Assembly: GCA_963666215.2 (NCBI GenBank)
Contig: CAXWPL010000005.1
Coordinates: 1,024,001 to 1,088,000 of the forward strand
Direction of reading: 5' to 3'
Source: Acidobacteriota bacterium
GTDB taxonomy: Bacteria; Acidobacteriota; UBA890; WLXD01
DNA length: 64,000 nt
How positions within the stretch are numbered: the first letter of the stretch is position 1; each line of letters starts with the position of its first letter. Positions 32,640 to 40,809 of the stretch are shown in pieces. The position numbers and the translations under genes are program-made. Below the pieces are notes generated by a model that did no database searches, was not told where the DNA came from, and saw only the letters and a program-made list of their open reading frames with translations.

Positions 32640-35153
32640 ATGCGAGACCGGACTGACAACCCCACGAGAACAACACCGAATCCATCGCGCGTCGCGCCCT
32701 CGGCTTCAAGCTGCAGGCCATTGGCGAGCCCCTGGATGGCGATCTTCGCGGTTGCCGCGGCGATACGGCTGCTGACCCCGGCTGCCGCGGCAGCTCAAGG
32801 CTGGCTCGAACCCGTCACTGCGGCCCCGCATCATGCTGTGGCGGGACGAGGCCACGATCTGCCGTTGCTGCCGATGTCGACTGATGTCGAGATCACCGTC
32901 GAGGGAATGCAACGTGTGGCGCGATTTCGAGTGGACTTCGAGTTCGTCAATCGGTCGGGCTCTCTCTTGGAGGCCGACCTGTTTGTTCCACTGCCACCCG
33001 GGGCGGTGTTCGAACGGCTGACGCTCTACGACGGTGATCGCGAGCTCGCGGGTGAGATGCTGCCGGCGGCGGCGGCACGCGCGATCTACGAGCGCATCGT
33101 GCGACAGCGGCGCGACCCGGGGCTGGTCGAGCTCGCCGGCCACGGCCTGCTGCGGGCCCGCGTCTTTCCGCTCGAACCGCGCGCTGAACGTCGCGTCACG
33201 CTGCGCTATTCACAGATTCTCGAGCGCACAGGCGACGCTCTCAGGCTCCTGTACAGACGCGCCGCGGGCCCTGCGCGCCATGGGCCCGCGGCGGTGTCGG
33301 GCCGATCTGGCGGAGCCGGCACAGCCGGACGGCCGCCGCGCCACGGAAGCACGCAGTCGCCACACCGCGAGGGTCGGTTCATCCCCGCGGAAGCTGCGGG
33401 CGACCTCTCGATCGCGATCAGCCTCACGCCCGCCTCGATGTTCGCCACACCGTACTCGCCGTCGCACTCGATCGACAGATCGTGGAGCGACGAGGACACC
33501 CTCGAAGTCCGCGTCTCCGACACAACGCCCACACGCGAGACACGGGACTTTCAGCTCTTCCTCCCGCTCCATACCGGGGTGGCGGGACTGGTTGGCGCCA
33601 GCCTCGTGACCCACCCGGCGGGCGACGGCGGCTACTTCATGCTGCTGCTGAACCCGCCTCCAGCGCCCGCTGACGGAACGCCCGTCGCTCGCGATCTGAC
33701 GCTCGTTCTCGACACCTCGGGCTCGATGGCCGGCGACAAGATCACGCAAGCGCGCGCGGCGCTTGCGGGACTGTTGGGCACACTGCGCCCAACCGACCGC
33801 TTTCGTCTGCTGACCTTTTCGAGCGAGGTGCGCGAGTTGGCGCCGGATCTTCTGCCGGCGTCGGCGAACAACATCGAGCGCGCCCTCCATCAATTGCACG
33901 CCCTCGAAGCCGACGGCAACACCAACCTCACTGGCGCCCTTCAGAGCGCTCTGGCCCACGAGACCCGCTCCGACCGTCTGTCGGTGATTGCGTTGCTCAC
34001 CGACGGCAAGCCCACGATCGGCGAAAAAGACCCCGAGCGCATCGGAGAGCTGGCCGCCGCGCTACGTGATGGTGAACGCGTATTCAGCTTCGGAATTGGC
34101 CGCGACGTCAACACCTACCTGCTGGAGCGGCTCGTTCACGAGGGTCGCGGTGCCTCCACCTACATCCGCGCTGATGAAGACATCGAGCCTGTGGTTGCCG
34201 CTCTCGCGCGCAAGATCTCGTCACCGGCCCTTACCGACCTCGAGATCATCGGGGCGCCAGCGACGCTCGAGGAGATCTACCCACGTTCCGTGCCCGACCT
34301 CTTCCACGGTGAAGAGCTCGTGCTCGTGGGCCGATACCGGCTCGATGGCTCCGGGGCTGACGCCGGAAACGGTGAGCTACGCATCGGTGCACGGCGTGGA
34401 GACCGGCCGGTTCAACTCGCCTACTCGGTGAGCTTCGACCAAAACGATTCCGAACGTCGAAACTCCTTTCTGCCGCGTCTGTGGGCCGCCCGCAAGGCAG
34501 GTGCCCTTTCGGCCGAGATTCGTGTGTCGGGGCGCAGGCCGGATCTCGTTGCTGAGCTTCGCGATTTGGCACTGCGCTATGGCGTGCTCACCGACATGAC
34601 GTCTTATCTGGTGGAGGAGCCCCACGGCCGAGCCCTCCCGAGCGCGGCAATGGTGCCGCACGCCGGTGAAGGGGAGTCCGCAGCCGACGCAACGGGCGCG
34701 CTCGCTTTCCGCGCGGCCGCTCAGAGCAGCGAGCTTCGTGCCGTCAACGACATCGCGAGTCTCAATGAGTCCGCTCGCAAGGCCCTGGCGGCACGGGCCT
34801 CGACGACTTCGCCATCGCCGCCGCGTGGACGCACCCAGTCCGGGCTCCAGGAGGGCGACCAGGACACCGCGTCGACGATCTTGGTCGCCGGCCGTTGGTT
34901 CCGTGACTCGGCCGCCGGCTGGGTAGACGTTGCGCACGAGTCCGACGATCCGATCGCGCGGCTACGGGCCTTTGGCGACGGTTGGTTCGAGCTTTCCGAA
35001 GAGCTGCCGGCGCTGCGTCCGTTCTTGCGGCTGGGCGAGCGCGTTAAGATCGCTGGCAGGGGGCTGACGTTGGAGATCCATCCCGACGGCCCGGAGCGAC
35101 TCAACGCCAAGGATCTCGATCGCGTTGTCGCCGCCTTCGGCTCGGCGTGGTGA
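32640..35153 (+). CDS. Secreted VIT + von Willebrand A domain protein
   Basis: VIT motif ARAIYERIVRQRRDPGLVE, MIDAS motif DTSGSM, LLTDGKPT and LPRLWA; RBS GGAGG precedes ATG32640. Confidence 0.9.
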   Translation: MRDRTDNPTRTTPNPSRVAPSASSCRPLASPWMAIFAVAAAIRLLTPAAAAAQGWLEPVTAAPHHAVAGRGHDLPLLPMSTDVEITVEGMQRVARFRVDFEFVNRSGSLLEADLFVPLPPGAVFERLTLYDGDRELAGEMLPAAAARAIYERIVRQRRDPGLVELAGHGLLRARVFPLEPRAERRVTLRYSQILERTGDALRLLYRRAAGPARHGPAAVSGRSGGAGTAGRPPRHGSTQSPHREGRFIPAEAAGDLSIAISLTPASMFATPYSPSHSIDRSWSDEDTLEVRVSDTTPTRETRDFQLFLPLHTGVAGLVGASLVTHPAGDGGYFMLLLNPPPAPADGTPVARDLTLVLDTSGSMAGDKITQARAALAGLLGTLRPTDRFRLLTFSSEVRELAPDLLPASANNIERALHQLHALEADGNTNLTGALQSALAHETRSDRLSVIALLTDGKPTIGEKDPERIGELAAALRDGERVFSFGIGRDVNTYLLERLVHEGRGASTYIRADEDIEPVVAALARKISSPALTDLEIIGAPATLEEIYPRSVPDLFHGEELVLVGRYRLDGSGADAGNGELRIGARRGDRPVQLAYSVSFDQNDSERRNSFLPRLWAARKAGALSAEIRVSGRRPDLVAELRDLALRYGVLTDMTSYLVEEPHGRALPSAAMVPHAGEGESAADATGALAFRAAAQSSELRAVNDIASLNESARKALAARASTTSPSPPRGRTQSGLQEGDQDTASTILVAGRWFRDSAAGWVDVAHESDDPIARLRAFGDGWFELSEELPALRPFLRLGERVKIAGRGLTLEIHPDGPERLNAKDLDRVVAAFGSAW

Positions 35154-35239
35154 GCACAGATTATCGCCGGAGCCGGGCGCACGGGCCGACGCACCGGGCC
35201 GGGCCGGCCGACTCGAGCCTCGTGTAGGGGGACAAGAGC

Positions 35240-35410
35240 TTGGATCGCGAGCAGGTGGATCTCGAGGCGCTGTACGCAGAGTGCTATCGACCGCTGGTCG
35301 GCTTTCTGGCGCGCCGCGTCGACCGCGTCGGCCGCGCCGAAGAGCTCGCTCAGGAAGCGTTCGTGCGCGCCATCGAGCATCGCCCTGAACAGCCGCGCAG
35401 CTGGCTGTTC
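35240..35410 (+). pseudogene. Truncated ECF sigma factor (region 2 only)
   Basis: LYAECYRPLVGFL..RAEELAQEAFVRA..RSWLF, after which similarity stops and the convergent surE end follows; region 4 is missing. Confidence 0.75.
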
Positions 35411-35435
35411 GGGCGGCTCTCCTCCCGACCTCGTT

Positions 35436-36359
35436 CTACTGACTCTGGTCCCAGGCCGGCAATCCGCCTTCGGCGCCGAGCGCCTCGCTCAGACTCGGGT
35501 CGCCCTCGTCGGCTCGCATCGGGATCACGCCGATGAAGCCCGCCCGGAAGGCCTCCGCGTCGGTGCCCGATGCGTCGGTAATATCAAACGCACCCGCACC
35601 TGCGACCCAGAGCTGCACTGCGTCGTCCGTCGGTCCGTCGGCCGATCGCGAGTAGGGCGCGGTGAAGTGCAGGTTGGAGCTGCGTACAACGCGGACCCCC
35701 TGGATTTCGGTGGTGGGCGCCGGAAAGTTCACCGCCAGGAACTGCCGGTCGCTCAACCCCCGAACGATCTCCGACCGCGCCAAACGCACAATCCAGCTGT
35801 TGATCTCCGCCAGGCGGTCGGCGCTTAGCGCGGGATTGCGGGCGTCGTAGCCGCCAGAGAGAGCGATCGCCGGCAGGCCGGCCATGGCAGCCACCCGTAC
35901 GGAGCCGACCGTCCCGGAATCAACCCAGGAGTCACCCAGGTCAGGCGCGGTATTGATGCCGCTGAGCATGAGGTCGGGTCGCACGTCGCCCAACAATCCG
36001 TTGAGCGCGAGGCGCACACAGTCGGCCGGGAAACCATCCACCGAATAGGCGGTGATTCCCTCCCCCATGTCCACCGGAGACACCTGAATGCGTCGATTCG
36101 CGAGCAGCGGAGAGTAGTGCGTGCTACTGCTGCGGTTCTGGCTCGGCGCCACCACGTAGACCTCGGCAACCTCGGCGAACGCTTTGGCGAGCTCCACGAG
36201 CCCCGGCGAGGCGATGCCGTCGTCGTTGGTGATCAGCACCCGCGCCGGCCAGTCTTGTGAGGTCGTCGTAGCCGCGTTGCTCGAAGGCACGTCGATCGCC
36301 CCCGCAGCAAGCGCGAGCATCCAACCGGCGGCCACCACACCGCGGCCGCCTCGCAACAT
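35436..36359 (-). CDS. surE: SurE-family nucleotidase with N-terminal signal peptide
   Basis: Motifs LITNDDG, VVAP..NRS, DGFPADCV, LSGIN and SGTV. Confidence 0.85.
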   Translation of the reverse strand: MLRGGRGVVAAGWMLALAAGAIDVPSSNAATTTSQDWPARVLITNDDGIASPGLVELAKAFAEVAEVYVVAPSQNRSSSTHYSPLLANRRIQVSPVDMGEGITAYSVDGFPADCVRLALNGLLGDVRPDLMLSGINTAPDLGDSWVDSGTVGSVRVAAMAGLPAIALSGGYDARNPALSADRLAEINSWIVRLARSEIVRGLSDRQFLAVNFPAPTTEIQGVRVVRSSNLHFTAPYSRSADGPTDDAVQLWVAGAGAFDITDASGTDAEAFRAGFIGVIPMRADEGDPSLSEALGAEGGLPAWDQSQ

Positions 36360-36593
36360 CTCGCATCCTCCTCGCTCAGTTCGCCATCGGATCCAACTGC
36401 AACGTTACCCGAGCGACGGCGCCCAAGCTATCGACGGCACGGTGTCCCATGGCGATACGATTGGCAATTGATGATCACTATTGACTCTTATCGATATTTA
36501 TTTCACTACAAAAGGGTTGTTTGACCGCTATTGATCACCTTAGACTATCTTCCACAGGCATCTGTCTTCTTGGAGCGAGCCTCGCCGAAAGCG

Positions 36594-37520
36594 ATGAGCA
36601 CCGAGACAACCGACCCAACCAACACGCCCTCCGTCCACGCCGAGGCCCTCCCCGAGCTCGAGCGGACTTCGCTGTGGAGGAGCGTGCTGCACGATCGCTT
36701 CGTCGTGGCGGCGCTCGGGCTGCTCGCGATGTTCGTGTTCCTCTACTACGTGCCGCTGGTCTCTTCGGCGTGGCTCGGTGCCTTCATCCAGACCTGGACC
36801 GATCCCATCCTGATCCCGCTCGTTGTCGCCGGGCTGCTCTACGGCCTTCGCCATCGAACCGAAGAGGAGCGGACGTTCTGGAACCTGATCATCGTCTCGT
36901 ACCTCTGCTTTTCGGGAGGAACATGGCTCGGGCTTTTGTTCCCCGACCGGCCGCCTCGCACCGACCACGTCGTCCGCGCCGTACTGTTCATGGCGCACTT
37001 CGCCTGCATCTTCCTGGCGCTGTCGATGAACCCGCACGCCGGACAACAACGTCATGTGCGTGACATGCGCCGCCGCCTCGAGTCCTACGGGACGATCGCA
37101 TTCTGCGGCCTGCTGATCGCCTACTTCGTGACCACGCCCGTCTACCAGCTGCAGGGTGCTCTGGGCTCGACGGCACGCATGTCGATGTACATCGCCCTGG
37201 ACGTAGTGCTGATTTTCGCGCTCATGTACTCGGCGACCTACTGCCGCAACCGCCGCTGGCGCCTGGTCTATCGGTTCCTCGCGGCGAGCGTCGGCTGCTC
37301 GTTCTCGACCGACGCCGTGGAGCTCCTGATCCACACTGGGCGGCTGCCGCAGATTCCCTATGGAACGGCCTACGATTTCCTCTGGTACCTGCCCTACGGC
37401 TTCGCGGTTTTTGCGGCGGCAGTCGCGCGCGCACCTTCCGCAGAAACGTTCGACGACGATGCTGGCGACTCGCGCCGCTTACGTTTCCGCCTGCCGGGCG
37501 AGGCGCTCAAGGCGAGCTGA
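36594..37520 (+). CDS. Polytopic membrane protein resembling a sensor input domain, possibly truncated
   Basis: About 8 hydrophobic segments and no catalytic output domain. Confidence 0.6.
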   Translation: MSTETTDPTNTPSVHAEALPELERTSLWRSVLHDRFVVAALGLLAMFVFLYYVPLVSSAWLGAFIQTWTDPILIPLVVAGLLYGLRHRTEEERTFWNLIIVSYLCFSGGTWLGLLFPDRPPRTDHVVRAVLFMAHFACIFLALSMNPHAGQQRHVRDMRRRLESYGTIAFCGLLIAYFVTTPVYQLQGALGSTARMSMYIALDVVLIFALMYSATYCRNRRWRLVYRFLAASVGCSFSTDAVELLIHTGRLPQIPYGTAYDFLWYLPYGFAVFAAAVARAPSAETFDDDAGDSRRLRFRLPGEALKAS

Positions 37521-37574
37521 CCCCGACGAGCGCGATTACCACGCCGTCGCCTGGCCCCGCGCATTGGCGAGTGG

Positions 37575-39131
37575 CTACGACGACAGGCGGAACCAGAAGT
37601 CAAACAGCTTGCGCACTCGGGGTGTCAAACCAGTACGCCGGTACGCATCGCCGGCCTTGCGGATGGCCTCGGCCTGCGTCGGGTAGGGATGGATCGTGCT
37701 CGAGAGCTTGTTCAGTCCAACGCCGTGAGTAATCGCCAGCGACAGCTCTCCGATCATGTCGCCGGCGTGCGCGGCGACGATCGTGGCGCCCAGGACGCGA
37801 TCCTTGCCGGCTTCGTGATGAATGCGTACGAATCCATCCTCCTCGCCGTCGAGCACTGCGCGGTCGACGTCGGAGAACGGAATGGTGATGGTGCTGACCT
37901 CGAGGCCGCGCTCGATCGCGTCGCGCTCGTACATGCCCACGTGGGCGATCTCGGGGCTGGTGTAGGTGCACCATGGCACCACCAAAGCGCTGGCCTTGGC
38001 GCGCCCGAAGAAGAGAGCGTTCTGGATGACGATGCGCGCCTGGGCGTCGGCGGTATGCGTGAACTTGAAGCGCGAAGCGACATCGCCGCAGGCGTAGACC
38101 CGCTTGTTCGTTGTACGTAGCCGATCGTCGACGACCACACCGTGCCGACTCGTGTCGATTCCGGCTTCTTCGAGCCCGAGTCCCTCGATATTGGGTGCAC
38201 GCCCGACAGCCACGAGCAGCTCATCGACAACAGTCTCGTGGCTGGAACCGTCGAGATCGTAGGTGACCGCGATCTGATCGCCGCGCTTGAAGACGCCGGT
38301 GACCGACGCGCGGAAAACGAGGTTGACGCCGTCTCGGAGCATGGCGTCTTGGACGATCGCGGCCGCGTCGGCATCCTCGCGCGGCAGGATGTGGTTGCCC
38401 ATCTCGAAAACGGTGACGTCGGAACCGAAACGCGCAAACGACTGCCCCATCTCGACGCCGATGGGTCCGGCTCCGATGACCCCCAGACGCCGGGGAAGAT
38501 CGGTGAGTGAAAAGACCGTCTCATTGGTCAGATAGTCGACGTCGCTCAATCCAGCAATCGGCGGCGCCTGCGCCCGGCCGCCCGTGGCGACAACCGCGCG
38601 GCGGAACTTCAACTTCTTGCCGCCGACCTCGATGGTGTCGGGTCCCAGAAAGCGGCCGCCACCCAGGTAAATGTCGACCCCCAGCCCAGCGAAGCGTTCG
38701 GCGCTGTCGTGGTGGCTGATCTTGGCGCGCAGCCGACGCATGCGCTCCATCGCAGCCGCGAAGTCGCCGGTGCCGGCGGGCCGCGCGGCGCCGAATTCCT
38801 GGTGTGCCGTCTTCACTGTGTGCCACGCCCGCGCCGAGCTGATCACGCCCTTGGAGGGCACACAGCCCACGTTCAGACAGTCGCCGCCGAGCAACCCTCG
38901 CTCGATCAACGCCGTACGCGCCCCAAGCCCGGCAGCGCCAGCCGCGGACACCAGACCCGCCGTGCCTCCGCCGATCGCTACGAGGTGATAGCGCCCGCGC
39001 GGCTCCGGGTTGACCCAGCTCGGCGGGTGGACGTGACCGACAAGAGTGCGGTTGTGCTCATCCGCCGGTAGCACGCGAATGGGCTCGCTCTCGCCGGCCG
39101 GGTTGTAGTCGTCTGCCGCGGAACTAGGCAT
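37575..39131 (-). CDS. MerA-like FAD-dependent pyridine nucleotide-disulfide oxidoreductase
   Basis: Motifs GGGTAG, GGDCLNVGCVPSK, GAGPIG, FTHTAD and HPYPTQAE; no C-terminal Cys-Cys pair. Confidence 0.9.
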   Translation of the reverse strand: MPSSAADDYNPAGESEPIRVLPADEHNRTLVGHVHPPSWVNPEPRGRYHLVAIGGGTAGLVSAAGAAGLGARTALIERGLLGGDCLNVGCVPSKGVISSARAWHTVKTAHQEFGAARPAGTGDFAAAMERMRRLRAKISHHDSAERFAGLGVDIYLGGGRFLGPDTIEVGGKKLKFRRAVVATGGRAQAPPIAGLSDVDYLTNETVFSLTDLPRRLGVIGAGPIGVEMGQSFARFGSDVTVFEMGNHILPREDADAAAIVQDAMLRDGVNLVFRASVTGVFKRGDQIAVTYDLDGSSHETVVDELLVAVGRAPNIEGLGLEEAGIDTSRHGVVVDDRLRTTNKRVYACGDVASRFKFTHTADAQARIVIQNALFFGRAKASALVVPWCTYTSPEIAHVGMYERDAIERGLEVSTITIPFSDVDRAVLDGEEDGFVRIHHEAGKDRVLGATIVAAHAGDMIGELSLAITHGVGLNKLSSTIHPYPTQAEAIRKAGDAYRRTGLTPRVRKLFDFWFRLSS

Positions 39132-39867
39132 CGGTAATCTCCCGTAGGGCTTTGCGCGCCGAGCGCGTAACCAGCGTTGTTACGAGTAGGGTCGCGACCA
39201 AGCCGAGTACCTTGACGACCCAGTCTTCCGCGCCCCGTGCGGGCGCGGCACCGGCGGCGAGCGCGGCAACGTCGCCGCCGATGTTGCCGTAGTACACGTA
39301 CAACAGCGTCCCCGGCAGCATTCCCAGGTGAGCCAGCACATAGTCGCGCAACTTCACTTGGGTCAGGCCCAGGGAGTAGTTGAGCAGATTGAAAGGGAAA
39401 ACTGGCGAGAGTCGGAGCAGTGTCACGATCTTGAGGCCTTCGCGGCCGACTGCTCGATCGATGGCGGCGAAGCGTTGATTCCCCTCCAGCCGGCGCTCGA
39501 TTGCTTTCCGCGCCACGCAGCGCGACACGAGAAAGGCCAGAGTCGCGCCCAGCGACGCTGCAACGAACACATAAACAACGCCGCGGAAAAGACCGAAGAT
39601 CGCACCTGCCGAAAGCGTCAGCAGGGACCCCGGAATAAACGCCACCGTGGCAACTGCATAGCCAACGATGAACACGACCGGGCCCCAAACGCCCAGACCG
39701 TCGACCCATGCGGCAAACCGCGGCACGTAGGCACCGGCGGTCCGACCGAGCCAAAGCAATGCCACGAGCAGCACGGCGCCGGCGGCGATCTTGAGCACGA
39801 CCTGGGCGCGGCCGGCGACGGCGGGGGCAGGAGTTATGACGGGGGGTGGCTGCACGTCGTCGATCAC
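39124..39867 (-). CDS. TVP38/TMEM64 (DedA/VTT) membrane protein
   Basis: Motifs IPGSLLTLSAGAIFG, LLRLSPVFPFNLLNY and GMLPGT. Start uncertain. Confidence 0.9.
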   Translation of the reverse strand: MIDDVQPPPVITPAPAVAGRAQVVLKIAAGAVLLVALLWLGRTAGAYVPRFAAWVDGLGVWGPVVFIVGYAVATVAFIPGSLLTLSAGAIFGLFRGVVYVFVAASLGATLAFLVSRCVARKAIERRLEGNQRFAAIDRAVGREGLKIVTLLRLSPVFPFNLLNYSLGLTQVKLRDYVLAHLGMLPGTLLYVYYGNIGGDVAALAAGAAPARGAEDWVVKVLGLVATLLVTTLVTRSARKALREITDA

Positions 39868-40145
39868 GGCGAACCTCGAGCGAGGGAACGTCGGCGTTGG
39901 TTTGTCTGTCGATACACTCTTTGCAGCGATCGACCGCTGGTTTCGCGCGGCGAGCCACCGGGTTGGAATGAAGCGAGGCAACGAGCCCGACTCGTCCACG
40001 CGACCAGGACACTAAGATATCGAAGCCACGCGAGCGAGCGACCCCCTGCAACACACAGTCGGTTGAGGCGCTGATCGCGATGCCTGCAACCAGCGCGGCC
40101 GGCGCGACCGCAAAACCGCAGTTGACGGCGCGAGGATCGGCGACG

Positions 40146-40796
40146 ATGGAGCGAGGCGAGCTGCTGTTCGACGGGCCCGCGGGGGCGCGGCACACCTTGG
40201 TGTTCGCTCACGGCGCCGGCGCGCCGATGGACGCCCCCTGGATGATGGACATCACTGCGCGACTCGCCGTGGCCGGGTTGCGGGTTGTGCGCTTCGAGTT
40301 TCCGTACATGCGCGAGCGGCGCGCCAGCGGCCAGCGGCGCGTGCCGAATCCGCCCAAGGTGCTCATGAGCTCCTGGGCCCACGCCATCGAGCACGCGATC
40401 GACGACCTCGACGCGGCCGACGGCCAGGGTCGGCGCCGACTGCTGATTGGCGGCAAGTCGATGGGCGGCCGTATTGCCAGCATGATCGCCGACGAAGCCG
40501 GCGGCGGCGGGCTGGTGTGCCTTGGCTATCCGTTCCATCCTCCCGGTCGACCGGAGAAGCTGCGCACCGCGCATCTCACAGATCTGCGCACCCCGACACT
40601 GATTCTGCAGGGCACACGTGACCCCTTTGGCCGCCCGGAAGAAGTCGCCGAGTACACGCTCTCCGACGCCATCCGTGTGCACTGGCTCGAGGACGGCGAT
40701 CATTCACTCAAGCCGCGTGTAAAGTCCGGCAGAACGCTCGAGCAGAACCTCGCCGAGGCGGTGGAACAAATCACCAGCTTTTCGAGCTCGATCTAG
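40146..40796 (+). CDS. Alpha/beta hydrolase, KANL3/Tex30-like
   Basis: Motifs AHGAGAPMD, GGKSMGGR, GYPFHPPG, QGTRDPFG and DGDHS. Confidence 0.9.
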   Translation: MERGELLFDGPAGARHTLVFAHGAGAPMDAPWMMDITARLAVAGLRVVRFEFPYMRERRASGQRRVPNPPKVLMSSWAHAIEHAIDDLDAADGQGRRRLLIGGKSMGGRIASMIADEAGGGGLVCLGYPFHPPGRPEKLRTAHLTDLRTPTLILQGTRDPFGRPEEVAEYTLSDAIRVHWLEDGDHSLKPRVKSGRTLEQNLAEAVEQITSFSSSI

Positions 40797-40809
40797 CCGG
40801 CAGCACGGG

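Noticed and set aside
36451-36468. Possible sigma54 or FNR site
   Set aside because: TGGC-N7-TTGG lacks the conserved -12 GC, and there is no TTGAT-N4-ATCAA.
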